Below are positions 23,851-37,495 of a stretch of DNA of 64,000 nt, piece by piece. Origin of the DNA: Octopus vulgaris (taxonomy: Eukaryota); assembly GCA_951406725.2 (NCBI GenBank), contig OX597823.1:62806001-62870000 (forward strand), read 5' to 3'. Made by a program: the position numbers and the translations under genes. The notes under the pieces are model-generated. The model saw nothing but the letters and a program-made list of their open reading frames with translations. It was not told the DNA's origin and did no database searches. Within the stretch, counting starts at the first letter, position 1; every line of letters begins with the position of its first letter.

Positions 23851-25582
23851 TATATATATATATATATATATGCATGCTTTTCTTCATGCTGGCATGAGTC
23901 AGATAGTTTGGCAGGAGCTGGTGGCCAGCTGGGGAGGTAACAGGCTCTATCTGGTATGTTTTGGCATGGATTCTATGGCTGGATGCTCTTCCTAATGCCA
24001 ATCACTTTACAGAGTGTACTAGCTGCTTGTAACGTGACATTTGTATGGGCACTTTTATGTGGTGCAGGTATGAATGTTTTTATGCAGAACTGGCATGGGC
24101 ACTTCTATGCGGCATTGGCGCTGGCGTTTTTACATGGCACCAGCATCCATGAGCCCACAGTATATATACATGTGCGTGCGCACACACACACACACACACA
24201 CACATACGTCTCTCTCATATTGTAGCTTCTACTTTGATAAACTACCTGTGATAATATTGCATTTCTTATGTATCTATAGTTTGTTCAAGATATACAATAT
24301 GATGTTTCTATATACAGTAAAAAGGATGTTAGTACTACTGACTTGTAGTATGTTGTTTGGTTCACTTCAGAACATTTTACATATATTTTTTAGTAGATGC
24401 TTTCTACATGATACTACACTACACTTGGCTCTCAGTACTGATCTTATGTTTGTATCCTGTTTTTTTTTTTACTGTCAAAATAACTGCTTCTGTGTAAGCT
24501 TCCAGTTGCCCTCAAGATCTATATGGAGTAAAGTTTGTCCAGGCCAGTCAAATATCCTAAATGTTAGCATCAATACTAATACTCAAATGCATTGTAGAAT
24601 ATTGTCCTTTTAGAAGAAAGCTCCAATTATTATATTTTTTAAAGTTTGATATAATAGTGCTTGGTCACTCTTTGTTCACAGTATTGTTGCATGATATATT
24701 TTCCTCGATACCTAATTTGCATTCACATTTATTCAAATGGAGGAAAGGGTCAAATGAATACACAGATGTGTTACGTATAAATGTATCGCATTTTATTTAT
24801 TCATTATTGCTAGGTTTACTTTTAATCACTTCATTCCAGCTTGACAAACCTTTGCACATGCTAGCAAATTTATTTTTGCTGTTTATAATATAAACAGTGG
24901 GTTACGCACGACAGATTCAGTGTTTATAGCTGATCAAGTGTAACCATGTGTATCTCTTACACACTGATAGTGTCATAGACCAGTTTGTTCTGTTTACATG
25001 TACTTTATTTAAAAAGTGAATTGCCCTTTGGAACTGTTACCACAACGAAGGTCTTTCCACATTTGAGTGTACATGAATGCATTAAATATAAATGTACATA
25101 GCTTTATATATATATACTTGTATGTGTGTGCATCTTTTGAAATATGCATATATTGTACACACATACATATACACCCAGTTTACCATGTTCTTGTAAATAT
25201 GGTATAACTATTTAAAGTAATCATAATATAGCCATTGACTGCCATTCTACTTCCCATTGATACTAGTGTCAATCTCATGTTGAATAACAAACTCGATTCA
25301 TAAACTTATGTCTGTATGCAGTGTTTTTCCTTTAGTTTTGGCCTCGTGGAATATTTTCAAAGTCTGAGATCTTCATTCCCAACTTATAAAAATTTCACTT
25401 TTCCTCACTTAGCTGATGTATTTGGTTTTGTCACTGTTGTGTAACAGGTGGTAGCAAAGTGACTCCAGATAACATAGCACTTAACAGCTGTCTGCTTTGA
25501 TCTTGGACTTTTCCCTAAATGCATCTTATTGATATCACTATTTTTGTGGAAGCTGCCAGTTGATATCATGCTTTTGAAGGTT

Positions 25583-25796
25583 TTAACCCTTAGGTATCTG
25601 GCCCAAATATTTTACCCTTTTTATGTTCAAACTAGCCAGATCTGGTTTCCCATACCTGTCCTACTATGTCATTCTAAAAATATACAATCACAACATTGAA
25701 ATCTCAAAAGCTACTAGATGATGCATGAATGATTAAAAGCAATGTGAATAAATAAGCATTACATTTGACTGAGTAATATGAATGCTAAAAGGTTAA
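25583..25796. mobile_element. TTAA-flanked piggyBac-like MITE
   Basis: ttaaccctt ... aaaaggttaa; homologous copy at 49971-50198. Confidence 0.6.
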
Positions 25797-28558
25797 TATA
25801 AATAGTTGGATTTCCTCTTTATCCAAGCTATTTATCTCAAATATTAGTACCAGTATTGCAAGTCCTGTCCAGTTTGACTCGGTAGTCACTCTATAACGTA
25901 TTAGTTTAATCAATACCCAGTTATTTGTAGTACTTTTTGATATGAGATGCAGAGATTGTTGATACTATATTTGTTTGAAAAGCAGTTTTTCCACATTTTA
26001 CCTTTGAGTAACAACATTTCAGTTACCCAAATTTCATCCTTTTATCAATGAAAGTTCTTATCAAAATACAGATATTTCTCAATGTTGTTGAATGGGGAGA
26101 ATAGTTGACTTTGTCAAACTTTTCAGTGTTAGGAACTAAAGCTTGTTATTTTTGCCAAACAGTGATTCCAGCAACACTAAATAGCGAATAGTCAGCTACC
26201 TTTCTGTAATCAAAGCCAGATGTCAAAGGTGTTTTTTTTTATAGTTTATTATTTTTTATGAATTCAGACAATAGTTTTCAATTAAAATTTATTTCACATA
26301 TTTCCCACAATGCTTTTCAATCTTCTTGTCCATTGATTTGGACTGGCAAGGGGTATTAGAAGAATTTATTTAAAGCTTATATATGTTTAAGCAAGGAATA
26401 ACCTTTTAGTTGTTTACCAACTAAGTATTTTCATCCTTGGTTATAGGATTGTTCCATACTTCAGCAAGCCAATTTAGTATGTTGACTTACTTTTCCATTA
26501 TTCGTTTAAATGGAAATTTTTAAAGAATATCAGCTTGTATCAGTATCCATCTATGAATTCTCTTGATAATTTCTATTTCTGCTGCTTTCAAATATAATTA
26601 CTGTAGTTATGCAATATGCTTATCACATATTTCATGGTTTTTAAATAACTGATTCTGTTGGTGACTGACATTTTTAATATCAACATTAGTATTCAATTAA
26701 TGGACAGATAGAAATAATTGCAACATTTACATAAAATTGGTAATAATGTATCATCATCACTTGTATTAGATATAGTTACAATGAAGCAAAATTCCTCAGA
26801 AGTGAGAAATATTTTATACAATGTAGTTAGAATTTTAGTTGGTGAGTAAATAGTGTTTCTATTATCTAATTAAAACAAAAAAAAAAGTTATGGTTTCTAG
26901 GCTAACTAAGGTTGGTACAGTTGTAAAGGAAGATTCAAGCATATTTTTTTATGCAGTTGTCTATGCCAGTATGTCTATTGTTGATAGTGATACACACACT
27001 AATGCACACCTACTTGATAACTGACATCATTTCATCTCCACTCACAATCTCCACTCAGAGGAGACTGTGTGAGGTGGTCAGTCCTCCAAAGTTTATTACT
27101 AGGAAGTGACTTTGTTAATGTGAGCAGTTTTGCATCTGTTTGAGAAAGTTCACCTGCAGCACTGATTTTTTTTTTTTTTTTTTTTTTTGCATGTCATTAA
27201 ATTTCTTTTTTTGCTTTTTTTCTCCCTGACTGCTGCAGCTTGTTTCACTTCCGGCATGTCTATTAGCACAGGCATCGCTGTGTGGTTAAGAAGTTCGCTT
27301 CCCAACCATGTGGTTTTGTGCTCAGTCCTACTGCCTGGCACTTAAGTGCTACTATATCCCCAGACTCTCTGAATCCTTGTTAGTGGTTTTAGTTGATAGA
27401 AATTGAAAGAAGCTAGTCATGTATGCAAGTATGTGGGGTTTGTATGTATGAGCTCATATTTCCCTCATTTTCACATATGCTCACTTGCTGGTTTTACTGA
27501 CAGTATTATTTGCTTGGAGTGTCTGAGCTTCTTGACATGTATGTGATCTTAGGAAACAAGAGTTTGTTCAAACAGTGTTGTTTGTTTCCAGTTTTCTGCA
27601 TAAGCATGTCCAAGTTGTTCAATAGATTACAAGATTATAACCTTGCTTGGAAGCGATTGGAGATTGGCAACAGGAAGAACATCTGGTTGTGGAAAACTCT
27701 GTCCTGACATACTCTCATTTGATCCATGCAAGCATGTGAAAATAGACATTAAAATGTGTCTTGACATAGACCAGAGCTTTCTAACCTGTGTGTTGCAAAA
27801 TATGTTGTGAACATGAAACTATATGAGCTCAGAATATTCCCCCCCGGTCACGTTTTCAGATTAAAATTAGCATCGATTAGCCTATTTCGACTGTTCATGC
27901 TTACACACATACACAGACTTGAATATGTTGCAATTTAACAACTGTTTGATACTTAATTTAAAAACGAATATTTACAGTGTGTCTTTTCACTTTTTGTAAA
28001 ACAAGTGGTATCATTTATTTTTAAAATGTTGGAAAGTCACTGCCACAAGTAGTTCTTCCTAAGTGGTGATAACTGTATTCCTTCTTTAGCTAGAGTGTTA
28101 AGTGAGTTCTGACACAGCCTTGAATGGGAGAGGTATACTTTTTGCCATTTGGGAACAATATAGTGGACAATGTAGTTGGGATGGAGATGTTGGCACTTTC
28201 CCTAGTTATACTCTGCAGGTGGATGGTGTACAGATGGGCAGTGACTTTTGTTGATGTTGTCACAAGTTTCAAATTTTCAGATTTTTTTAATAGATAATAG
28301 TTTGTTTTTGTGAATGTTGGGTTTTTTTTTAAAATCAGTTTTCTAGACAACAGCAAAACAAATTTTGTTAATGTCTGCTTTGCTGCTGTTATTGAAGACC
28401 AAATCAAGTGCTGATAAGAAAAGTGACTTCGCATTTTATGCATGGTTCTTGTTCTACGTACATGTATATACACTATGCCACATGCGCATGCAGGCTGATA
28501 CTAACCACCTTGTTTTTTGTTGTTTCTTTTTGAATTCTTCACCAGTTTTACTTGTATT

Positions 28559-28600
<42 letters not shown>

Positions 28601-28674
28601 CTTTACCTCTTCCATCTGCTGTTTAGCTATGAGTGGAAATTTAAGTGATCTGGTTCCTCTTTTCATCTTTGCAG

Positions 28675-28859
28675 GTTCCTCATTAATGGTGGCTGGGACA
28701 TAATGAACGACTGGTTGCATGATGCCCGCCAGTCAGAGAATACGCCACTGCTCATGGAGATATTAAGGGTTTATCACATTCTACCGGTAACCATTGATAT
28801 TATGAAGAAGAATGATGCTGCCAAGACTATTAAACAATTGAGAAAGTCTGAAGATGATG
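28675..28859 (+). CDS. PPP1R10: PNUTS/PPP1R10-like internal coding exon (TFIIS N-terminal domain core)
   Basis: Acceptor ttcatctttgcag|G and donor G|gtcagt. Translates (x)FLINGGWDIMNDWLHDARQSENTPLLMEILRVYHILPVTIDIMKKNDAAKTIKQLRKSEDD, matching the PNUTS TFIIS-N pattern (F...GG...LN.WL......N.PLL..IL..L..LP.T.D.LK.N..AK.VKQL.K) as recalled from vertebrate PNUTS. 185 nt, phase 2 to 1. Confidence 0.88.
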
Positions 28860-29626
28860 GTCAGTTGATGCCATTTCTATCTTTTTATATTTTGTTATCT
28901 TTCCCTCTCTGTTTCTGTTGTTTTATGTCCTCTGTCTCTTTACCTCCCTTCCTGTCTCTCTATATATCTCTCTCGTTGATTTCTTTATAAGAGCTGAAGA
29001 GTATCAGAGGAGTAGTCTTATAGATAGATGAGTATGCAGGATCATTTTATGCAATTAGTAAAACAAGTTATGCTGCTGCTCCTCCTCCTCCTTGTCGTAG
29101 GTCAGTGTTGACTGTTCCTGTTCAGTAATCATCTCTCATCAGGCTCTCATGTGGGGTACAAGGCCTGCTCTTGATTGGCAGCAGCGATGACATCTGCTGC
29201 AGATGAAGCTACTTGATGCAACCGAGAAGTGATGCCTCTCATGTGGTCTTTTGTATTCTCTCTCTTGTTTTTCCTCAATGGCAGGAATAACGAGCTTCAA
29301 TGATCAATGCCATTCATTATGCTGCAGAGCCTTCTCCTCCCTTGCCGGAGTTCTTTATATGTCTTTTCACTCAAAGTTCAGAGGTGAATACAATCTGTTA
29401 AAAAGGCTTTTGCCTCTCTCAAGAAGTGTCTATGGAGTTGCCATGACATTGCCTGCAACATGAAGATAAAAGTGTACAGTGCTGCAGTGTTCCTTTGCTT
29501 CGTCGATGCCACAGAATGCTTTACCTTGTGCTGCAGCCATGTCAAAGCCCCATTGTGAGTCCAACTTCATCATCTGCTCTCCATCTTGCATATCAGATTG
29601 CAGGATTGCATTCCTGACAAGTTATG

Positions 29627-29682
<56 letters not shown>

Positions 29683-30525
29683 AGTGCCCTTTCTTTCACT
29701 TGTTCACTCACTCATATATATATACACACAAAATATATATTTGGTGGAATTCCTTACAGGTGCTAGGGATCCAGAATATTAAATATACTAGATGTACTGA
29801 TGTATATGATACAGTATGATATTATGTACTGTCTGTATGTTCTAATTAATGCTTAGATTACAGGCTACTGTTAGCACAATAGAGAAGGGAAATCAGTGTT
29901 GGCGGAACAGTTAATGGAGCTACAAGAAATGCTTTCTCTATGTTTGTTTGTGTTTTCTATACTAGCAATGATTGGACAAATAACTTATTGAAATATTGTT
30001 TTACCCTTCCTGTTAGTAACCCTTTGTGAGTAAGAGTTTAAAAAAAAATTCTGCTAGAAAGTACAGAACTAGAGGATTTTAATAGGGAATATCAACATAA
30101 CTTCAAGGTTTTTTGATCAACACTTCATGCAAGGACACAGACTGTAAGCATTTTAAATGAGCACATGCATGTGCATGCACACACACACACACACACACAG
30201 CGGGCTTCCATATGATTTTAACCAACCAGTTCCATTTACAAAGTACTGGTCAATCTGTGACTACAGTTGAAGACACTTGTTCAAGGTGTTGTGCAATGAG
30301 ATTGAACTTGAGACTGCATAGCAACAAAGCAAGCTTCATATCCACCCGGCCAAACCTGTACCTTTCTCTTCTCTACAGAAAATACATTGTAGAAAGCACA
30401 TTCTATAAGAACTGTGATGCTTTGTAGCAATGAAATAGTAAATGTTGGGAAGTTGAAAGTTTTGCATTGAATGGGTTTCATTTTAGTGGAAGTACAATGT
30501 TAATTCTGGAAATTTTAATTGTGAG

Positions 30526-30755
30526 TTAATCTTTTTGTTACCGTATTTCTGTTGAGATGCTCCGTGCTTCTTTCAGTTACTTTTAGATATAACAAAGAAT
30601 TTAGTAAAATAACTTAGTTATCATTAAGCTGGTGTTAGGAACATAAATTGTAACTAAGGTTTGGTGGAAGATTTTAATTCTGAACTTTCGAAAACAAGAC
30701 ATTTGCACTATAGAGCCAGAGACAGTTTCAGGTGGGTTGGTATCAAAAGGGTTAA
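30526..30755. mobile_element. TTAA-flanked piggyBac-like MITE (second family)
   Basis: ttaatctttttgttacc ... ggtatcaaaagggttaa imperfect TIRs. Confidence 0.55.
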
Positions 30756-33700
30756 AAAATGTCACTGATCATCGGTTGCATTAACTGATGGATTCAAGAG
30801 TAACTCCTGTATTGATAAGAATGGTGTAGGGCATGCTAAGTAAATAAGATGTAAAATAAGAGAAGCAATAAGTATTATTAGTACAGTGGCTTTTGTGCAA
30901 TGGTAAATGTTGGGTGAATTACGTTCATGACTTATTTGTTTAGAAAACCTTCCCATCTTCTTATCTGTACAACTTTGATTTTTACATACAATTAAGTTAA
31001 GATAATGTAGATAGGAAAGGGAGCAGGACTGGATCCTTTCAGCTATCTAGTTTGGTGCTTTACTGTTTTGAGTTCAAATCCCATTGCGACTGTCTCTTTT
31101 GCTTTTCATCTCTTCTGAATTATTGAGTTGTTATATGTTCGGATCATTTTAACTTATTTCCTACAAAAATTCTAACTGAAGGAAAATAATTGTAGTGTGA
31201 ATAATGTGCATGGCCCAGTGGTTAGTGTTGGACTCAAAATCATGAAGTAGTGAATTTGATTCCTGGACCAGGCTGTGTGTTATGTTCTCCACTTTGCCCC
31301 AGTTCACTCAGCTATGGAAATTTTGTGACATCACTGGTGCCAAGCTGTATTGACCATTGCCTTTCTCTTGGATAACAGTACTAGTGCAGAGAAGGGAGAC
31401 AGGTATACATAGGTGACTGCTGGTCTTCTATAAACAATCTTGTCTGGACTTGTGCCTCTGGGTGTAACTCCCTTGGAGCAATCCCATGATCAATCATGAC
31501 TGAAGAGAGTCCTTACTTTTTAATCTGACTTAAAAAGTTACATACACTTGATTTTGTGTGTGGGTTTTGTTAAATTATGAAGTGAAAGAGAATCTGTTAC
31601 CAACACTTTTTAGCTGAAGTTTGCTTTATATATTTGTATTTTTGAATTTTCTGGTGAGATCATGTGTTGAAGGGGTTCTGAAAATTTGAGGTTGGTATTT
31701 GATCAAATGTACCGAGTATATGCTGTAAAGTGATTGGTAGAAGTATGGGGACATCATAGAGGTTTGTCTAATGCTAGTGCCACGCCGTAAAACGGTTGGT
31801 GTTAGGAAGAGTATCCAGCCATGGAGACCATATCAAAATGAAAATGGACGAGTGAATTTGGATCCTTGTTACGTGTGTGTGTGGGGGGCAGTAACTTTAA
31901 TCAAGATCTAACTTGAACTCTGATGACCTGTTCAATCCATTGCCAGAATGGAAATTGGATGTAAAATGATGATTTGTAGTACTTAGGTTGTAGGACTTTG
32001 TAACACATATAATATATTAAAATATAAAAGGTTCTAAAGAACCATGTAAAAGTTATATTTCCAATCACCCAGATTTATATTGCATTCTGGCTATTTATTG
32101 TAGTTACAGATACAGCTGGTTACTTGGCTAACAACTAAATGTATTCCTTATTATTAACAATTTCACTATATTAAAACAAAGAAAAGTTAAAAAGCAGGCA
32201 CCACAGCTTTGAATGTTTAAAGTGTATATGTGTCAGTGTCTGAACAAATAAAGCTATTTCAACATAATTCTGGGATCTTATACATATGTAGGAATGAGAC
32301 CACCTGTTCCTGATTAGAGATAGAAGCAATCAGAATATATACATATTTTAAATATATATACTGAAGATAAAGTTAACTGCCCCCAAAATTGTAACCTTGT
32401 ATGTCACAAAGGAAACAGAATGTATTCATTGTTCTGCATATAGTTGTTTTCTTGCAGGAGTTTGTAAATTGTTTGTTGTTTTTTGGTATTGATTTCTGAG
32501 CTCTCAAAATGGTACCTGCAATATCCTTGATAATCCTTTCTATTATCACTCAATCCAGCTGGGAAGTAACTGATGGTAACTTTCACTTAATTCAGAAACA
32601 GAGCAAATAATATATCTTGGTTAGGACACACAAAAATTGGTTGTATCATGGCTTCATAGCTCTTGAAGCTAAAATTGCTGGTCTTCATTTTCCATTTCTA
32701 GGGTTTATGGGTTTTTGTTATTTTTTTTTTTAGTGCTTTTTCCTCATCTCTTTCATATTTGTAAATTTGGTCATTTGCTTATTGTTGGAGCATTTGTTTT
32801 GACTGTTTGATATCATTGTAGACATAAGATAGCTCTAGGTATATTATGGTACCTCTTGGTATCTTATGACTATGTGATTTGTTTCAGACACATGAGCATG
32901 TAATCATGATAAATAACTGCCTAGCTGACTCAGTAAAGCATGAGATATTTTGGCATTGTTACTTTAACACTAACTTATATGACATTTCTCATTTTAATTT
33001 TTGTCTCATTCTCTCTCCCATCCCATCTCTCTGTTTATGTGTGTAAGCATATTTTTTCTTTGTGTATAAAAGAGAAAGTGCTTATGTTGGTCATGTTCAA
33101 TTAACCCGTATATCATCATCATCATCATCATCATCATTTAGCGTCCGCTTTCCATGCTAGCATGGGTTGGACGGGTCAACTGGGGTCTGTGAAGCTGGAA
33201 GGCTTCGTCAGGCCCAGTCAGATCTGGCAGTGTTTCTACAGCTGGATGCCCTTCCTAACGCCAACCACTCCGCACATATGCCCATAAAAAATGAAATCTT
33301 AAAATCTCACTGTATTTAGATTAAACGTTATGGTAAGCTTTAACAATCTGGAAGAGAAGGACAGTTGAGAAGGATAGCAACTGTTGGCTATGGGTGTTGA
33401 CTACCTTCTGACCTTTTCATATGTTCAGTGAGATGCTTCCTGGCAAGTTCATGTCCAAACAAGTAGGAACAGGTTTTGCATTGCGAAAACGCAACCAGGG
33501 GTCTATATGGGTTAAGAAATTGTAATGTCTCTTTCTTTGTGTGTGTTTGCCTCTAGTGCCAAAAAATACTTCACCAAAACAGATTCAGTGTCCACTCAGC
33601 TGTACCAAATCATCAGTGTCCAAATAATCATACCCAATTGTCTCATTATAGACTCAATGCTGTATAATACAACTGAGTGCAATGTATTTGTTAATGTTCT

Positions 33701-33977
33701 TTTACTAAAGATATTGAGTAACAATGTTTTGCAGTACCTGCAAACAGATAACTTATACATCAGCCATTACCATCACAGCAATATATTGAAGGTGTTCATG
33801 GGAGGGATATGGCTATGAATGATGTTATTTCACTTGGGTTTTTTTGGGTGGGATTTTTAGAATTATCATAATTTTGCACAGTTTCCCAGTTCTAGGAATT
33901 TGATAGTGCTAATATGAGTAATCGTAGAAGTTGGTGTATTCAGTGATTCATTTAGGCCCTTAAGTGTTTTAGATGTA

Positions 33978-34373
33978 TGGCAAGCTGGCAGAAATGTTAG
34001 CATGCCAAGCGAAATGCTTAGCGGTATTTCGTCTGCTGTTACATTCTGAGTTCAAATTCCGCTGAGGTTGACTTTGCCTTTCATCCTTTCGGGGTCGATT
34101 AAATAAGTACCAGTTACGCACTGGGGTTGATATAATCGACTTAATCCGTTTGTCTGTCCTTGTTTGTCCTCTCTGTGTTTAGCCCATTTGTGGGTAATAA
34201 ACAAATAGGTATTTCGTCTGTCTTTACGTTCTGAGTTCAAATTCTGCCAAGGTTGACTTTGTCTTTCATCCTTTTGGGGTCAATAAACTAAGTACCAGAT
34301 GCATACTGAGGTCGATCTAATTGACTGGCCCCCTCCCCCCAAATTTTGGGCTTTGTGCCTAGAGTAGAAAAGG
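33978..34373 (+). mobile_element. Dimeric SINE family D
   Basis: Core ggtatttcgtctg...gagttcaaattc...ctttcatcctttyggggtc...aagtaccag occurs twice (34023 and 34208), each followed by a different tail. Confidence 0.8.
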
Positions 34374-36841
34374 ATGTATAGTTGTTGTGATTTTGGCTGG
34401 GGCAGAGGCTTTTGAGTTTTTAATTTTCTATATTTGTTTTGGAGTTGTCTGATGGGGAAAAAAGTAGGGAGGATCATCCATGTGGTTCAAGACTAAAGTT
34501 GAGCAGATCTTGCATAGGCATGGGTATGTGGTTAAGAAGATCGCTTTACAACTACACAGTTTTTGGGTTCAATCCCACTGTGCTGCACGTTGTGCAAGTA
34601 TCTTCTATTATAGCCCTAGGCTAACCAATGTCCTAAGTGAATTTGATTGTTGGAAACTGTGTTACATTTACATGTGTGTGCATGTATCTGTGTTTGCCTG
34701 CCCCACTTATTTACCAGGGTTGGTTTGTTTACATCCCCTTTAACTTAGTGGTTTGGTAAAAGGGACCAGTAGAGAACAAGTACCAGGTTTTAAAAAAAAA
34801 GTACTGGAATCAATTCATTTGATTAAAACCCTTGAAGGTAGTGCCCCAGGATGGCTGCAGTTCAGTGAGTTAAACAAGTAAAAGATAAAAAGTATTTTTG
34901 TCTTCTTTGTGTGTGCTTTGGAGGTTGTATTTTCAAGAAATATCTGATAAGGGGTATTGCAGTGTGAGTATATTACTTTGAGGTCAGTAATGTAACACAA
35001 GAGTGTGCTGCGACCCTTGTTGTCGAAGCTACTCTGGAGAGTGATTGACTATTACTTTTATGGTTTGTGTTAGATACAAGTGTTTGCAGTGTAATGTTTT
35101 TGCTTTTGTTATTACCTCGCATCATTATAGGATGCGGAGTTTTATTTTATTTTTGTAGTTTTAGTGTTTTGTGTTCGAACTCATCTCTTGTTTTTATGAC
35201 CTTCTTCCTGGGAGTTTTATTTTATAGGCAAAGTTTAAAACATGCTCATCAGCAACAAATCTATCTTAGTGTTGGTGGTGGTTACTTAGTAATATTTTAA
35301 ATGCATTAACACCAACAACATCATTCATCCTTGTGCATGTAAACTCACTAAGTGAATGTGACTTAGTGTTCCTACAGAAACCTTCACTTACCTTATACGA
35401 TGTTTAATATTGTTTCACATTCATGTTGAATTATGCAGCAATCTTGTGTTCTCTTCATAGAACACTTGTAATGTATGTATTACCAGTTGTTTTGGTGTAG
35501 AAGATTTTTGCTTTTCTTGTTTATGTCTCCTCACAGACGTGTATATTTGATAGAATGCAAAAATTGAATGTGTAGTCTAATGGTGATGATCTCTTTTATC
35601 ATTCCAACTGCTCTATCATTGATGGAATATTGCAGTTCTGGTCCATTTTTATACTGTGTTCATAAAACATGTTCATTCCCTGGTCCACCTAGTCTTGAAA
35701 TCTCATTCCTAAACTTGGTTGGCCAGGCGTAGCAAATCACATCCCTTTTTCATAGATAAAATCATTGCAAGTTGCACGCACAAGGCATTTTCCCCAAACA
35801 GCTGACTCGGGGAATTAACTCTCATGCCATTGTTCCCCACTTCCGTTTTTTCTGCAGAAACTGTAACCTTGGTCTCTTTAAATTCAAAGTTAACTTGCCT
35901 AATAGTGATGGTTTCCTTCACTTCAATATTTTCATTGCCTTTTTTTTTTATTACCATCTCATTCATTTCATTTTATTATCTATTTTATTTTCATCTGATT
36001 TATTGTATTTTATTGACACTACTTCTGTCCTTAGTTCTTTTATTACTCATCTTATTGTCCACTCTTTATTTGTTATCTAAAATAATGCAGGTGTGCTTGT
36101 GTGTTTAAATATTTGTTCATTTGTATTTCAATGCTAGCAATACATATTTTCCAGAAATATATATTTCTGAAGTTTTATCTTACAGCCAGATGCCCTTTCT
36201 TTTGTTAACTCTGGGTTTTCTAGTAAGAGAATATTTATTCTATACATTTTCAAAAACGGTAAGCTATCAGATGATCTGTTTACAAGGAATTGTCGAATGA
36301 ACTTTTAATTAAGCATGTGTGTGGAATATAACAAAGCACAACAAATTCTTTGGTAAAATTATGATGGACTACACTAATTTGAATAAGAACACCTTAGAAT
36401 TTTCACATTTTGTATGATAAGACAGTTTCAAGTTATTTGGTATCAACAGAGCTAAGAAGCAATGACTGCATTGTAAAGTACATGAGGTGATGATGGCCAA
36501 TCATCTAAGCATTTAGTTGTTCAATCAGCTGAATTACATAACTCTTTAAATTAATATAGTAAGTAACTGAGTATCTCATAAACTCATGTTCTCTTAATGT
36601 AATTCTCAGGGCAGTGTCATTGTGACACAATATGTGGCAAAACTGAACTTTTGAATTCAATAAAAAAATACTAACAGACTTCTACAGTTTTCATCTATTT
36701 GATTTCTCTCACAAGATTTGGGTCAATCCAAATCTGTGGGTAAAAGTAGAAGGTGACTGTGATGCAATGCAGTGAGATTAAACCCAGGAGCTTATGATTG
36801 GGAAGTGAACTTAGCAACTTGGCCATAACTGCATCTATTTA

Positions 36842-37495
36842 GAGTGCAGAGAACAGAGATGGAATGTCGAGTATTACCACCTGGCAGTGGGGGCTAGAGG
36901 CTTCATTGAAAGGAAAATGACAACGCTATTCAAAAGAAGATTTGTTTTTTCTAGCTCCGAGCTGCGAAAACTAATAAGGAGAGTATAGGAGGCGGTCAAA
37001 GAAGCCAGCTTCTATATATGGCTGAAATGGGAAGACCAAAAATGGCTTGAAAGTCATAACATGCTGGCGGGAAATAACATCATTGGGTGAGACAAGCTGA
37101 CACTGAATCAGCTTCGTTGACTGACAGGTGACGGTCGTTTAGAGAATGCGTGGGCTAAGACTACACGCCTTCATTGGTCAGTTAAAGTTGAGACAGTGTC
37201 ACGTGACAACTTGCTGGGGCTGCCTGCTGGAGCCTAAAAGGAGGTATTTTAATGGAAAAAAATTTGACGAGCCAGTCAGTCGCCAGCTGACACTCGCGAA
37301 GAGGCCAGGGAACAGAAGACAGAAGACATGCACCCAACACCAGAGCTGAAGACACCTCCGAAAGGGGAGGGGCTGCTACGTCAAAACGGTTGAGGAGTAG
37401 GGGCCAAAACCAGACGTGGTTCCTCCTGATGATGTGTTGAGCTAACTGGATCCTATAAAGGAGCTGTTGTGGTAGCAGACCACGAAACACAGTTG
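36842..37495 (+). mobile_element. 5'-truncated HERO/NeSL-like RLE LINE: ORF C-terminus and 3' UTR
   Basis: ECREQRWNVEYYHLAVGARGFIERKMTTLFKRRFVFSSSELRKLIRRV*EAVKEASFYIWLKWEDQKW matches the ECR..GW.....VEVG.RGF....A..AS..IW..R...W signature. One in-frame stop; GC-rich relative to flanks. Confidence 0.72.

Noticed and set aside
27772-28042. Possible hAT MITE (cagagctttctaac ... gttggaaagtcactg)
   Set aside because: The TIRs are too degenerate and there is no TSD; not supported well enough.
28860-28990. C-terminal extension of ORF 28703..28990 (and similarly of 58200..58460)
   Set aside because: Read-through into the intron past a good donor; the homology continues in the next exon instead.
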